Below, piece by piece: positions 1 to 13,711 of a DNA stretch of 64,000 nucleotides (its first letter is position 1; every line of letters begins with the position of its first letter). The notes beneath the pieces are model-generated. The model saw only the letters and a program-made list of their open reading frames with translations, was not told where the DNA came from and made no database searches. A program made the position numbers and the translations under genes. Source of the stretch: the human T2T-CHM13v2.0 reference genome, Homo sapiens; assembly GCF_009914755.1 (NCBI RefSeq), contig NC_060935.1; one strand, written 5' to 3'.

Positions 1-579
1 GGACTATGTTTTACTGTCATGAAGATAGCTGTGTAGGGTCTCCCCATCTTGATTATATTACTCAGCTGTCCTGTTGAGGCCCAAGGATCATCTTAGATCC
101 TCATATTGCTTGCATATGGGGACACAGAAATCTGTGTCCTCTGCAGAGTCCACTTTTATTATCCACATGTTGCCTCTTTTCATGGACTTTATCTTTGCTT
201 TATCTCTCTAATTTTGGCCTCACATCCAGAACTTCAAACTCACATTTTCCTCTGCAGTTATGCAGAGTCTTGCAGACTAAAGGGACTGTCTTCAACCTAA
301 CCCAAACTGCCTACATGTTGTACTTCTGGTCGTATTCTTTTGGAAACATGTAAAATTATGACATTGACAGAGTCTAAAGTTAAACTGCTTAACTGTAGCT
401 GGTTACCTTTCCCAACTCGACTTTACAGATTTGTAGCTCAACAGTCCCTATCAGAAAATGTTCTCTACTTCTTATAAAGGTGGGCTAGGTAGGAACTTTT
501 CCGGAGTAATCGCTGTTAGAGCACAGGTTGGCAGAGTTATGGTTTAAATGTAGCTCTAGTAAATACCTCAATAGTGTAA

Positions 580-800
580 GGAGACACAGAAGTTAAGAGC
601 ACAGGCAAGTTTGAATTTGACCCCATCTCCATCACTTACACGCTATGTAATGCTGTTTAAGTGATCTGTCCTTTAAGCAGGACTTTTTCAGCTGGAAAAA
701 ATGGATAATTGAGGTCCTTGCTGCATAAGGTAATTGTGAAGATTAAAGGAGATGTGGATACCACATGGTAAATTCTTAGTAGATGCCAGCAATTATTAAG
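580..800 (+). mobile_element. MIR SINE, decayed
   Basis: MIR-like motifs gttaagagcacaggc...ctggaaaaaatggataatt...gtaattgtgaagattaaa. Confidence 0.6.
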
Positions 801-2929
801 GAAAGGCAATAGACTTGGTTAAGTATTATAATATCTTTCTAAAATAGAGGCTGCCTGAAACTTGAAAGTTGAAACTGGTCAGGGACTGTTCTTCAGGTAC
901 AAAGAAAACTACAAGGATATATTTTTGGTGATTGGACGGGTAGTGATAAGGGTTGTTAGATATGGCATGGGGACTTCCTTTAAATGGCATGGTTTTCATG
1001 ACACTAAGACTGAGACTCTGAGAATGTGTCAGGATTCTGAAATAGGGCAGAAAAAATATTTGAGATGTGTGTAGTAGTAAAGATAGACAGATACCTTTGG
1101 GAGACAGAGATTTAACAGTGGGGCAGAAAAAAAAAAGACAACCTGGCTGTCAGATCAGTGAACTAACTCATCTGCTTAAGTCAAAGACCCACTGGTTGCA
1201 GAATGGAAGATATTTCATGGCTCCAGTGAAATGAAGTTCTGTTCAATAGATGTGGAAAATAAAAAAAATTTTGCAAGACACCTATCTTAAGTCAGCCAAG
1301 GAGCTGCAAGTGTTGAGAGCTGTAAAATCTGACAGCAATCAAAATTAAAGCTACTTAGCCACATTGAGGGGATGACTCCATGATCTTCATAATGGAGGGT
1401 TATATTTCATAATTTTCAGAAACTCCCCCTGGCTGCCTGTCAAGCTGTGCATAAAAGGACTTGTCTGGGTCATTATTGCTTTGATTACTGCCAAGGGAGC
1501 CAGTGGTGGTTGGAGTATGAGCAGAAGTAGACTGGCATTTTATTACATAAGATTTGTGTCAAATCCAGCTCCAGTTACTCAATACTATTTCAGGATCTGT
1601 CCACTTTACAATAGTTTTCACATGTGGCCACATATAAAAATCTGAGCTTTTCCTTTGATGATTACATGTCTTTACTACAAAACCAGTATGTTCTCAAAGT
1701 TTACCCATGAGATCTGTGAGGTTTAGAAGCAAGACAAGTAGATACTTTAGGCTTGATATAATTCATGTGTATATTTATAATCTGGCCATGTTATATGCTT
1801 TCTTTTTTAATTTTAAAATTGAAGTATTCTACTCCCTGGATTTCTGAAAGGATACAAAAAGACAATACATTAGAAAACCTTTGTGAATGTTAGTGATTGA
1901 TGAAGGAGTAAGTTGTCTTATGAAGAATTATTGTTGTTGCTTGTTGTTATGGGCTAGTTACATTCAATATTAGCTTATATTTTGTGAAACAAATATGAAA
2001 AGTTATATCAAGTGCAGCTATATCTGCTGTGTCCATTTTAAGGATGTAGGATGTAGCATAATTCAGTAACACAGAAGCCCAGACTTTGAATCTAGAAAAA
2101 GTTCAAGGAGTTTGTGATTTTAGTGGCTAGGGTACCAGAGTAATAACTCAGAGTAGAGCCTCTAACTAGACAAATTGATGATAACCCAAATTGCTTTTAG
2201 GTCTTCGCACAGTTTTCTCCTTCCATATCAGAATTCTCACTTCCTTCTCTTACCCAGACCTAAATTCTTACATCCACAGCTCTTAGGAACTTTCCTACTT
2301 TATTACCATTTGTATATATGTATTTTCTCTTCAAGAAATGGTAACTGTCTTGAGCGTAAGATAGTTATAACATTTAATTCATTGTTTTGTCTCCTGAAGT
2401 ACCTAGAATTTGAACTTCTGTTCAAGAGCTAAGCTGTGATAGACCGTCAAGTTTTCACTCACCAGGATGCTTTCTAACTTTCACCACAGATGATGCCCAA
2501 AGCTTTTCCTGAGACTTTGACCTTGAAGCTTTGATGCCCACTCTAGGTGTCACCCTCCACGTATGTGTTATGTAAAGCTTTATATAGTTCTGATTGACTT
2601 CACAGAATTGACAGTCTAGCAGTTGGTTCCACCTTTTCTTACCCTCAAGCTAGGCTGTTTCTCTTGACTCCTATTCCTAAGGATAAATAAGGCTCTTTCT
2701 GTCTGTGTTCTTGGAATAACCGCCGAGCTACCCTCTCTTCAGCCTACTTGAGCATTAAGAAGGTTGTTTATTTTCCCGAATTCTAAATCTGTTATATTTT
2801 AATTACCACATAAGTTACATAAGGTCTCCTTTTCCTTATGTGATAGTTATATTTTCCCATTTTGGTAGTTAGTATACTTTGAACTACAAGTAACAAAAAT
2901 AATCATAATGATCAACAATTTAAACTATC

Positions 2930-3207
2930 AGAACATTCATAACCTCAGATGGAATAAAATTCAGGTTTGTTTCAGTAGCTCAACCAAGTCTTTAGGCTTT
3001 TCACCACTTGGACCCAAGATGGTTGCTGCTATTCCAGCCCTCTTGTCCTCTTAAACTGTGTAGAAAGTTAGAAAGAAAAGTTAGTTTCTTCTTATGCATA
3101 GAGAAAACACACATAAATAGAGGAGAAATAAAGGAGAAAGTCTTTTCTACACGTCATTGAGTAGACTTTCTCTTAGGTCTTTTGACCAGGGTTGGGTAAC
3201 TGACCAT
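2930..3207 (-). mobile_element. Old MLT1 (K/L-like) MaLR LTR fragment; appears to continue at ~5272-5410
   Basis: caagatggttgctgctattccagcc and agactttctcttaggtcttttgacca resemble the MLT1K/L reverse strand. Confidence 0.5.
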
Positions 3208-3382
3208 TGTAGTTGTCAGAATGATAACCTTCAAAAATATATGTCCATGCCCTCAGCTCTGAAACTTGTGAATCTTACCTTATGCAGAAAAAGTATCTTA
3301 AGCAACTTCAGATGAAGATAGCATCCCAGTTTGCCCAGATGAGCCCTAAATCCAATAACAAGTATCTTTATAAGAAACAAAG

Positions 3383-3660
3383 AGCACTTTGGGAGGCTGA
3401 GGCAGGCAGATCACTTGAGGTCAGGAGTTTGAGACCAGCCTCGCCAACATAGTGAAACCCTGTCTCTACTAAAAATAAAAAACACTAGCCGGACTTGGTG
3501 GTGGGTGCCTATAATCCCAGCTACTTGGGAGGTTCAGGCAGGAGAATCGCATGAACCTGGGAGGTGGATGTTGCAGTGAGCCAAGATTGCATCACTGCAC
3601 TCCAGCCCCAGTGACAGTGCGAGACTCCGTCTCAAAAAAAAAACAAAAAAAAAAAAAACA
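3383..3660 (+). mobile_element. AluS (Sx/Sz-like), 5'-truncated
   Basis: Alu body from agcactttgggagg to A-tail; TSD aagaaacaaagag / aagaagcaaagag. Confidence 0.95.
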
Positions 3661-4352
3661 AAGAAGCAAAGAGAGGAAAAGAGAGAGGACAATATGATCA
3701 TAGGAGTGATTGAGATTGGAGTGATGCAGCCACACTTCAAGGAATGCCCACAGCCCACAGCTACAGAGGCTAGAAGATGCAAAGAATTATTCCCTAGAGA
3801 CACCAGGTGAAATGCAGCCCTGCTGACAAACTGGATTTCAGACTTCTGGCCTCCAGAACTGTGGGAGAATAAATTTATGTTTTTGTTTGTTTGTTTTTAA
3901 TGTTTTTGTTTTTAATAGACTTTGTCTTGTTTGTTTTTAATAGACTTTATTTTTTAGAGCAATTTCAGGTTCATAGCAAAATTGAATGGAAAGTACAGAG
4001 AATTCCCCTATACCCATCATTCCCAAATAACAACCTTCCCCACTATCAACATCCCACACCATAGTGGTGCCTTATTTGTTACAATGGATGAACCTACATT
4101 GATACATCACTCAAAGTCCACGCTTTGCCTTAGGGTTCATTCTTAGTGGTGTACATTCTACTGGTCTTGACAAATGCATGATAACATGCATCCACTATTA
4201 GAATATTGGACAGAATTGTTTCACTGCCTTAAAAATTATCTGTGATCTGCTTATTTAACCCTCTATCCCACTAAGCCCTGGCAATCACTGATCATTTTAC
4301 CGTCTCAATTTTGCCTTTGCCAGAATATCATAAGGTTAAAATCACACACGTT

Positions 4353-4387
4353 TTTATTAGGGAGGGTTCTCCAGGGAAATAGAATCA

Positions 4388-4430
<43 letters not shown>

Positions 4431-4877
4431 ACACAGAGAGAGAGGGAGGGAAAGAGAGAGAGAGAGAGAGAGAAGTTTATTATAAGGAATTGGCTTATGC
4501 AATTATGAAGGCTGGCAAGTCCCAAGATCTGCAGGGTAAATTGGCAAGCTGGAGACCCAGGAGAAAACAATAAACAATGTTTCTGTTTTTAGTCCAAAGA
4601 CAGGAAAATTATTGCGTTTCAGTTTGAAGGCTGTCAGGCAGGAAGATTCTATTCTATTTTGCAGAGGGTCAGCCTTTGTTTTCTATTCAGAACTTCAACT
4701 GATTAAATTAGTCCCATTCCATCCACTTTAATGGAGGGCAATCTGCTTTACTCAGTCTATCAATTTAAATGTTAATCATATCCAGAAACACATTTACAGA
4801 AATACTCAGAATAGTGTACGACCAAATATCTGGGCTCCTCATGGCCTAGTCAAGTTAACACAAAGTTAACCATCACA
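4353..4877 (-). mobile_element. MLT2 (ERVL) solo LTR
   Basis: Ends tttattag...ttaaccatcaca (reverse of tgtgatggttaa); internal aaggaattggcttatgcaattatgaaggctggcaagtcccaagatctgcag. Confidence 0.85.
4390..4472. repeat. Compound (TG)~19-(AC)n-(AG)n microsatellite within MLT2
   Basis: Directly visible. Confidence 0.95.
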
Positions 4878-5644
4878 AATATCACAAATATACAGCCTTT
4901 CTAGATTGGCTTCTTTCACCTGGTAATACGCATTTGAGTTTCCTCCATGTTTTATCATGGCTTGAAAGCTCATTTTGTTCATCGAATAATATTCCGTGGT
5001 CTGGATATGCAACAATTTATTTACCCATTAACTTACAAAAGGACATCATGGTTGCTTCCAAGTTTTAGTAATCATGAATAAAGCTGCTACAAACATCTAT
5101 GTAAAGGTTTTTGTGTGGACAAATGTGTTAAATTCATTTGAGTAAACACCAAGGAGTGCAAATACTAGATCATATGTTAAGAGTATGTTTAGTTTTATAA
5201 GAAAGAATTCTGTTATTTTAAGCCAACAAGTTTACTCTAATTTGTTGCAGCAGCCCTAGGAAACTAATATAATCATCCCTATGTAAAATGAAAGCAAGAT
5301 AGAAATATGTACCTAGCAATTTGATCCTACTAGAGGAAATGAGCTCAGTCTATAATGAAAAATAGCTTTGGAAATGGCCTGTGGCAAGGAAACTAACATG
5401 TCTGAAATATTCAATGGTTTAAGATCCTGAAATTGTAGATTTGCAAAACTTTTTCCTCCTTAAAATTTCCCTGATACTAGAGTAGATTTTATTTTGACTT
5501 CAAAGGCCAGAGTCCTGTGAAAATACTAATAATAACCAACATTTATATAAGTTTATAGTTTAGAAACCACTATCTTTCTGCATGAACAAATTACCTCCAA
5601 AAACATCCCTGAGAAGCAAATATAAGCTATTGTGCTCACTTTGT

Positions 5645-5865
5645 GGAGGGTAGTAGAGAGCAGTACATAGAAGCATAAACTATGAACCCCAGTTCTGGGG
5701 CCTATGATTTGGCTAATCATGGCCACACCACTTATCCTCTCTGAGCCTCAGTTTTATCATCTATGAAGTGGAGTGAATGCAAGTACTTACTTCATCATGC
5801 TGCATATTATGATGGATTACAAATATAAGAGGGTTAAAGCATAGTAAGCACTCAATAAATGTTCA
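5645..5865 (+). mobile_element. MIR SINE
   Basis: Core cttatcctctctgagcctcagttttatcatctatgaagtgg; tail atagtaagcactcaataaatgtt. Confidence 0.85.
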
Positions 5866-6539
5866 TGGCAATTTTAATCATTGATATATTTATTATTGTA
5901 ATAATAATTTATCACTATTGTTACTTCAAATATGTGAAAACTAAAGCTGAGGAAGATTCAATGACTTGCCTAGGATTAATAAAGGGCAGGTATTCTGGCT
6001 CCAAATCCCTTCATCATATGGTTTCTTATGTCAAGAGGGTAGAATAGATATTTAAACCTTTGTAAAAATTGGAACACTTGTACTATCTTAAATGGTGTCA
6101 AGGAGAAACTCACCATATGCTATAAATAAAAAGAATGTAGACCAGTACTCAAGACTAGCAAGGCTCTGGTTTAAGCTTTCATGTGGATGCATATATAGTC
6201 CATGAAAACAATGTTATTTTGATATTGTCCATCTAAAAAATAAGGAATTGGCCTGCGACAAGTCAGAGCATGTGCTGTTTTATGTCCTTTCCCCAAAAGA
6301 CACTTAAAATTTTGGGCAGTAGACTAGGAAAAGATTATGCAAATAAATTATAGTTGTGGAAAACACATGAACATATTTGAATACATATGCCTAGCCATAC
6401 GTACAGAATTATAGCGTTTTTAAATTTGTATTTTCAGGACAGCAAACAGTATCATTTTACAAATACCATGGAGACCTACCATGGTGACACTTCAGAGTGG
6501 GAAACTAACATGCTGAGGCATTGAATTCTGTTTTTGATT

Positions 6540-6690
6540 ACTTATTCAATGAATTCTCACAATAACACTGCAAGATATTGCCTATTATTACTCATTTTAT
6601 GGATAGGGACACTGAAGCTCATAGAATCCCTGTGATTGTTTCCTAAGTCTTTCAACTCTCAATGGTGGAGAAAAAGCAGAGTCTTAATTT
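6540..6690 (-). mobile_element. MIR SINE fragment
   Basis: attctcacaataacactg...ctcattttatggatagggacactgaagctc. Confidence 0.7.
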
Positions 6691-7569
6691 AAATCTTGTA
6701 TTATTAACAATATCATTTTCCTTGGAGGTAAATTTGGGTGTTTTGTCTGATGAAGTTATGTTGTTTAATACTTTAGTTAAACTGGAATACATATGCCATG
6801 AAGCAAAGGCCAGGAAAACCTAATTACTCCACAAAGCCATACATTCATTCCTGATCTGAAGTCAACCCTGCCATTCCAGTTAGCAGTCAAGGCTTCAGAT
6901 TATGGGCCAGTAGTGAATCTGGGCTTTGTTTCTGGATGGTGGTGGCCATGGGGAGCCTTGCTGGAATTTTTCTAGGATTTTTATGCCAACTTAAACATTG
7001 GAGGTTCAAGAGAGTATTCCATGGGCTTGAAAGCAGAGTGTGAAAACCTACAATGCTAAAGAAATGTGTTTTAGAAAAGACACAACCAAAACATAAAAGT
7101 TACATTTTATACTACTCTATAGAATGGAAGTTGCCTTCCAAAAGGGAAAGAAAGAAATCCTTATGGTTAGATTACATATAGAGCTCAGAGGATCTACAAA
7201 GGTCTTTCATTATATATAAAAGATCTACTTTATAACTTTGACTACTGGTTTTATGACTGTTTAAATAAAATTATCAGATAATCATTTGCACAAAAATGAA
7301 ATTAAAGGCATTTCTATCCCCAAAGAAGCCAGACATGGATGAGAAAAATTTCATCCATTTTTCCAGAGAAGTTCATTGATATAGTTTTCAAACCCCAAAT
7401 TATCAGAATATAGAAGAAAATTACTAAAGTTTTATTCATTAGCTATTTTTTAATATAGTGAGTTGCTTATTGTGCATTTTAGCGAGTCTCATAATCACTC
7501 TCCAGAGACCTGAGTGTATCTGAATTAAAAATTTTTCTTCAAAAAGTGAACTTAATTAGAAAGTACATG

Positions 7570-7570
<1 letters not shown>

Positions 7571-7607
<37 letters not shown>
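7571..7607. repeat. (AC)18 microsatellite
   Basis: Directly visible, uninterrupted. Confidence 0.97.
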
Positions 7608-7612
<5 letters not shown>

Positions 7613-7949
7613 ATGGAACTAAAACAGCTGATACTCATTAGAGGGCAATTGACATTGTGCTTCCACAGGATAATTATAATAAACTAAGTCCTGGTGGGAG
7701 ACAAATGAAGATTTTCCCATAAGTTGAGTAACACTGGTAGTAGAGCAAAGAGAGTGGAAAATAGAAACATTTAAGAACAAAATCCAAAATGTCTTGGGAA
7801 TCTAAATTTCAGGTATGTAGATTCTCGACTCCTATTTCCATAGCAATTCCTCTCAAACTTTCATGTGCCTATGAATCACCTGTGCATCTTATTAAAATAC
7901 AGTTTCTGCTTCAGTAGGTTTGAAGTAGAGCCAAGATTCTTTATTACTT

Positions 7950-8017
7950 TTAGGTTGGTGCAAAAAGTAATTGGTTTTGCCATTAATGGCACAATTACTT
8001 TTTGCACCAATGTGATA
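7950..8017. mobile_element. MADE1 (Hsmar1-derived mariner MITE)
   Basis: ttaggttggtgcaaaaagtaattg...caattactttttgcaccaa inverted repeats. Confidence 0.92.
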
Positions 8018-8058
8018 ACAGTCTCCCAGATAATATCAATGACGCTAGTCTCTTGTCA

Positions 8059-8173
8059 TGGGGTGGCCAACCTACCCAGTTTGCCTGGGAACTATGAGGG
8101 TTTTTCCTAGGATATGGAGTTTTTAGCTAAACCTGGAATGGTTCTAGGCAAAATGGGATGTGTAGTCATCCTA
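8059..8173. mobile_element. MER81-like hAT-Blackjack MITE
   Basis: TIR-like tggggtggccaacc...tagtcatccta, ~115 bp, internal cagtttgcctggga...aggcaaaatgggatg. Confidence 0.75.
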
Positions 8174-8250
8174 TAGGACCACATTTTGAATACAATAACC
8201 CTAGGTTATACCTGAAATTCAACAAAATAATTTCTGATCATGCTCAGATA

Positions 8251-8311
8251 ATAATTGTTTATAATTGAGGACAAGAGGTATATAATTGTTTATAATTGAG
8301 GACAAGAGGTA
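8251..8311. repeat. Perfect 30-bp duplication, period 31
   Basis: ataattgtttataattgaggacaagaggta at 8251-8280 and 8282-8311. Confidence 0.95.
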
Positions 8312-8479
8312 CACTCACAGGTTTACCCTAATCACAAAGTCAGCCTTTTGGCAGAGAAATGTGAAGTGTGTAGTGCAAGAAGTTAACTTTAGCAATAATA
8401 AAACCCAAACCTAAATCAACTCCTGTCTAGAATGACTGAACCATCATATTATTGGCCCAAAAGTAGAAGTGTAGCCATT

Positions 8480-10147
<1,668 letters not shown>

Positions 10148-10149
10148 AG

Positions 10150-10390
10150 TTACTTACAACATGGTAGCTAGCTTCTCTCAGAGAAACTGAGGGAGAGGAG
10201 AGAATAAACAGACAAGAGCAAGGCAGAAGCCAGTCATTTAATCTCAGAATGTAAATCCCATAACTTTTACAGTATTCTCTTTCTTAGAAGCAAGTCACTA
10301 GGTTCATCCTACACTTAGGGAGGGTTACCGAAGGGCATGAATACCAGGAGATGAGGATCATTGAAACCAACTGAGAAACTAGTACAAAAG
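10150..10390 (-). mobile_element. MLT1F-like LTR fragment
   Basis: acaacatggtagctagcttc...ttagaagcaagtcactaggt...agggcatgaataccaggag. Confidence 0.7.
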
Positions 10391-10459
10391 GGGAGAGAAC
10401 TTTTAAGAAAATAGTTAGAAATAAGTTTAAAATAAAGTCCCTGAGAGGAATAACCATGG

Positions 10460-10730
10460 AACTTCCTTCTTGTTCAAGATTCACTTTAACTGTTACCTCA
10501 TCTGTAAAACTGTCTTGACCTCCCATGCTTCTCACCATTAGAGAAAAGTAAGTCATTAGTTCTGTTTCCTACAGTGCTTAGTGCCAATTCTATCCTGGTA
10601 CCTATTACAGTGGATCATAATTTGTTGACATGCCTGTCTCTCCCCCAAGTATGTGAGAGGTTATGAGGGCAAGCACCACCACTCACTTGGCTTGCTCTTG
10701 CTCCATGAGTATTTACTGAATTAATGAAGC
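10460..10730 (+). mobile_element. L2 3' end, decayed
   Basis: tgttacctcatctgtaaaac...tgagggcaag...atttactgaattaatgaa. Confidence 0.55.
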
Positions 10731-10866
10731 TGTAAATTCCAGATCACTGGGTAGTCCTTGGAGGACAGACTGAGTGAGAATACTGAGTATCTAAAGGTTA
10801 AGTGGGAAATATTAGGGCTAGAGAATATGAAAGAGCACAGCATAGAAGTGGCTGAATATTCAATCC

Positions 10867-11345
10867 TGTGCTAGAAGTCTTTCATTTGCTCTCCAGGTCC
10901 AGGCTCCACATTTCTTCCTCCCTCTTCTGTGCTCTAGGAGCCTAAACCCAAGCAACTATAGCATAGGCTCCCTAGCCCTCTGGCTTCTAGTTATACTCTG
11001 CCAATGGGGGACACCAGCCAGAAACCAGAGGCAGGAACATAGTGTAGCAAGGTATTCATTTCGCTGGATGGTTACCTGCCAGTTTTCCACACAGCTCGCT
11101 TCAGGCCTCTTCCTCCGTACAGCTTCCCTCTTTCTGGCTCCTGGTAACTCTACTCTGCCCTGGTCTCTTTAGCTCAGTGGCAGTCCCAGCACCCCCACTG
11201 TCACTGGCCCTTAGGGAAGACACTAGACTTTGCTATGCTCCCTAAACCTCGCCCACATCTTTCAAAATAGTGCTTTTATTCATTTCTACTCAAAGTGTCC
11301 ACTTTGAGTAGAGCCACCTGTTTCCTGACTGAACCCTGACTGAGA
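10867..11345 (+). mobile_element. LTR33-like ERVL solo LTR
   Basis: ggctccctagccctctggcttctag...gccaatggggg; end ccacctgtttcctgactgaaccctgactga. Confidence 0.75.
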
Positions 11346-11519
11346 GTTCCTATAGAGAGCCAGCCTATTCTGGAATAATAATAGCAAAAATAATGGAGAG
11401 AAAAACTGATGTTGCTGCATTCTATGTATTTCAAAGTAGTAAACAAAATAAAAATTGTCCCTGGCCTCACAGAGCTTGTGGTCTAATAGTCATCTCTTCA
11501 ATCATATCCAGAGGTTTGT

Positions 11520-11967
11520 ATTTGTTTTTTTTTTTTTCAGATTCGGGGTTTTAATTGTATTTTTAACCGACAACTAGTCATTGTATATATTTATGGGGTA
11601 CAATGTGATGTTTTGATATATGTGACATTATGAAATGAGCAAATCAGGCTAATTAGCATATTCATCACCTCAAATATGTACCATTTGTGGGGAGAACATT
11701 TAAACTTCCAGGCTCAAGGGGACAAACACCATATGATCTGACTTACATGTGGAATAAAAAAAAAAATCAAACTCACAGAAGCAGAGGGTATGCCAGAGGC
11801 TTTGAGGCTGGGGTGAACAAGGAAGGAGAGATATTGGTCAACAGGCACAAAGTTTCAGTTAGATAGGAGGAATAAGTTCTGGTGTTCTACTGCACAGCAG
11901 TGACTATAATTAATTACAGCAGTGTATTGTCTATTTCAAAATAGCTAAAAGAACCAGTTTTTAAATG
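11520..11967 (-). mobile_element. L1MA (MA6-9-like) 3' end with 5' inversion
   Basis: ~11550-11705 is the terminal 3'UTR on minus; ~11708-11967 is the adjacent upstream 3'UTR on plus. Confidence 0.85.
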
Positions 11968-12204
11968 CTGTTAGTAAGATCAAATGTGAAAGATCTGTTT
12001 AAACTCCAGACAAATCATCTAAGACTTAGGAGGAGAAAAGGAGAGGGTTAATTGTTACCTACAACTTGTGGGATTATATACTGCAAGGGGTAATAGTCAA
12101 CTCACTACTCAATAGGGAGAAAAATTTTAAAAAGAGACTAAAACCAACATAGAAAATTGTGTGTAGGTTCATAATAAGTCAGGCAGGTATAGTTGAACAT
12201 GCGG

Positions 12205-12425
12205 ATAACAACTAAAAGTTATCGAGCTCTAACTAAGTCCCAGGCACTTAGATATTTGATTATACTTGTTCCTCACAAAACACTCTTAATCCTCACAAAA
12301 TATTACTTATGTTTTAAATATGGGGAAATTGAGGCACAGAGAAATGGAGACCCCTGCTCAAGCAGTCAGGGGGTAGGGAATCTGAGTATAAGCCTGGGAC
12401 CCATCCTCTTAAACATGACTCTAAA
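12205..12425 (-). mobile_element. MIR SINE
   Basis: ttttaaatatggggaaattgaggcacagaga core. Confidence 0.75.
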
Positions 12426-13711
12426 TTAAGTAAGGATAAAGGAAAATATTGTATTACCTAATTGGTAGCATCAGGCACTAACACATTCTAAAGTACTTGG
12501 TCATCTAATCCGAAAATAGTTTAGGGTGCTTAAAAGGCTTTTAAGCATCAGTCATACACCAAAGATCTTTATTCACTGGAGCCAAGAGGCAGAAAGTAAG
12601 TTCCAGTTTTTATTTATTCATCATTTCACTCTGCCCTTGGATTCAAAAGAGCCCATGCCACCTCCTGATGGAAAAGCCCAAGTTACGTTTGGGAATTATA
12701 ATTTCTCTTTTTCTGATTCTACTTACTGGCAGGGTAAAATATGTAGAAAAAAAGTGTTCCTCCATTTGCCTTCTTAAATACTTTCTCTTGTTTATAAACC
12801 TAACAATCATCTATCAGCAATGCTGTTTCTACCCTGCCAGAACAAGGCCTCAGGAAACCATTTCCTCTGGAGCAATTCCAGAAGGGCTCAGTGAGCACTC
12901 AATACCTTTTACACTGATGGACTGTATGGGTTTCTTGCTCTCAGCCCCTGTAGGATTTGCACATTTTGTTTTCATGCCCATCACTCATGGACAGAAGTAA
13001 AAATATGCTATTTACCTCTTTCCACTTATGTAGACCTCACATTTTGTTTCACCTTAGTGGCAGTGAGGGGGGAGTTTTGTTCACATTTAGCAAGTCTGGG
13101 CTGCCTATTGTGCACAACAGCTATTGCCCAATTGCAGTTTATGGAGAGTCTAGAACCTTTTTTTTTTCTTTTTATGCTACCAAGGGATTAATGACAAAAA
13201 AATTGGCAAAGAAATTGCAGTCTGCAAGTTATAACCAATATGAGTTGATGAAATCCAGATGTGAAAATCTCCCTCCACCATCCTATGCCTTCCACAATAT
13301 AGGTGTATGACCTCGGTGAAGACAGGGCTTGTAATTGCTTTTATTTGGAGACATGTGGGCTCTGCTTCCCCCCAACCCCCACCTTCTTTTCCCACTTTGA
13401 AGGAAAGAGTGACTTGAAATGTATTTTTACACTTACTAAAACGGATGTGGAAATAAAACTTTAATTACTGGAAAAACTATTAAGAAGAAGTATATTTTAT
13501 TCTTCCAGAGCCATGAGTTTTTCAGAGCAAAGTTGTCTTAGACCACTTCAGTTACCACAACCCCAGGAATCAATGGAAACCTCACAGACTGGGCAGAGTC
13601 TCTGCCTTACCCTCACAGTGATCACTGAGATTCAAGGATGGAATGTTCTAACACATGGCTCATCTGTCTTGCAATTTAAACCTAATTAGACTAACTTTTT
13701 TCCCCCCAATT

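Larger units (their letters stand above)
3900..5204 (-). mobile_element. L1MB-like 3' end, interrupted by MLT2
   Basis: tagactttattttttagagcaatttcaggttcatagcaaaattg is the L1MB 3' terminus reversed; resumes at ~4880 (tacagcctttctagattggc). Confidence 0.8.
3208..5271 (+). mobile_element. MLT1C-like solo LTR, interrupted by an Alu and an L1MB
   Basis: Starts tgtag, contains ctggatttcagacttctggcctccagaactgtgggagaataaat, ends gcagccctaggaaactaatata; 5-bp TSD-like accat (3203-3207) / atcat (5272-5276). Confidence 0.8.
7841..8200. mobile_element. MER5A-like hAT MITE interrupted by MADE1 and MER81
   Basis: tctcaaactttcatgtgcctatgaatcacctg...cagtaggtttgaagtagagccaagattc; 3' piece ggaccacattttgaata. 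Confidence 0.75.

Noticed and set aside
12526-13395. Overlapping 72-117-aa ORFs as a small gene cluster
   Set aside because: No recognisable domain or exon structure; consistent with chance ORFs.
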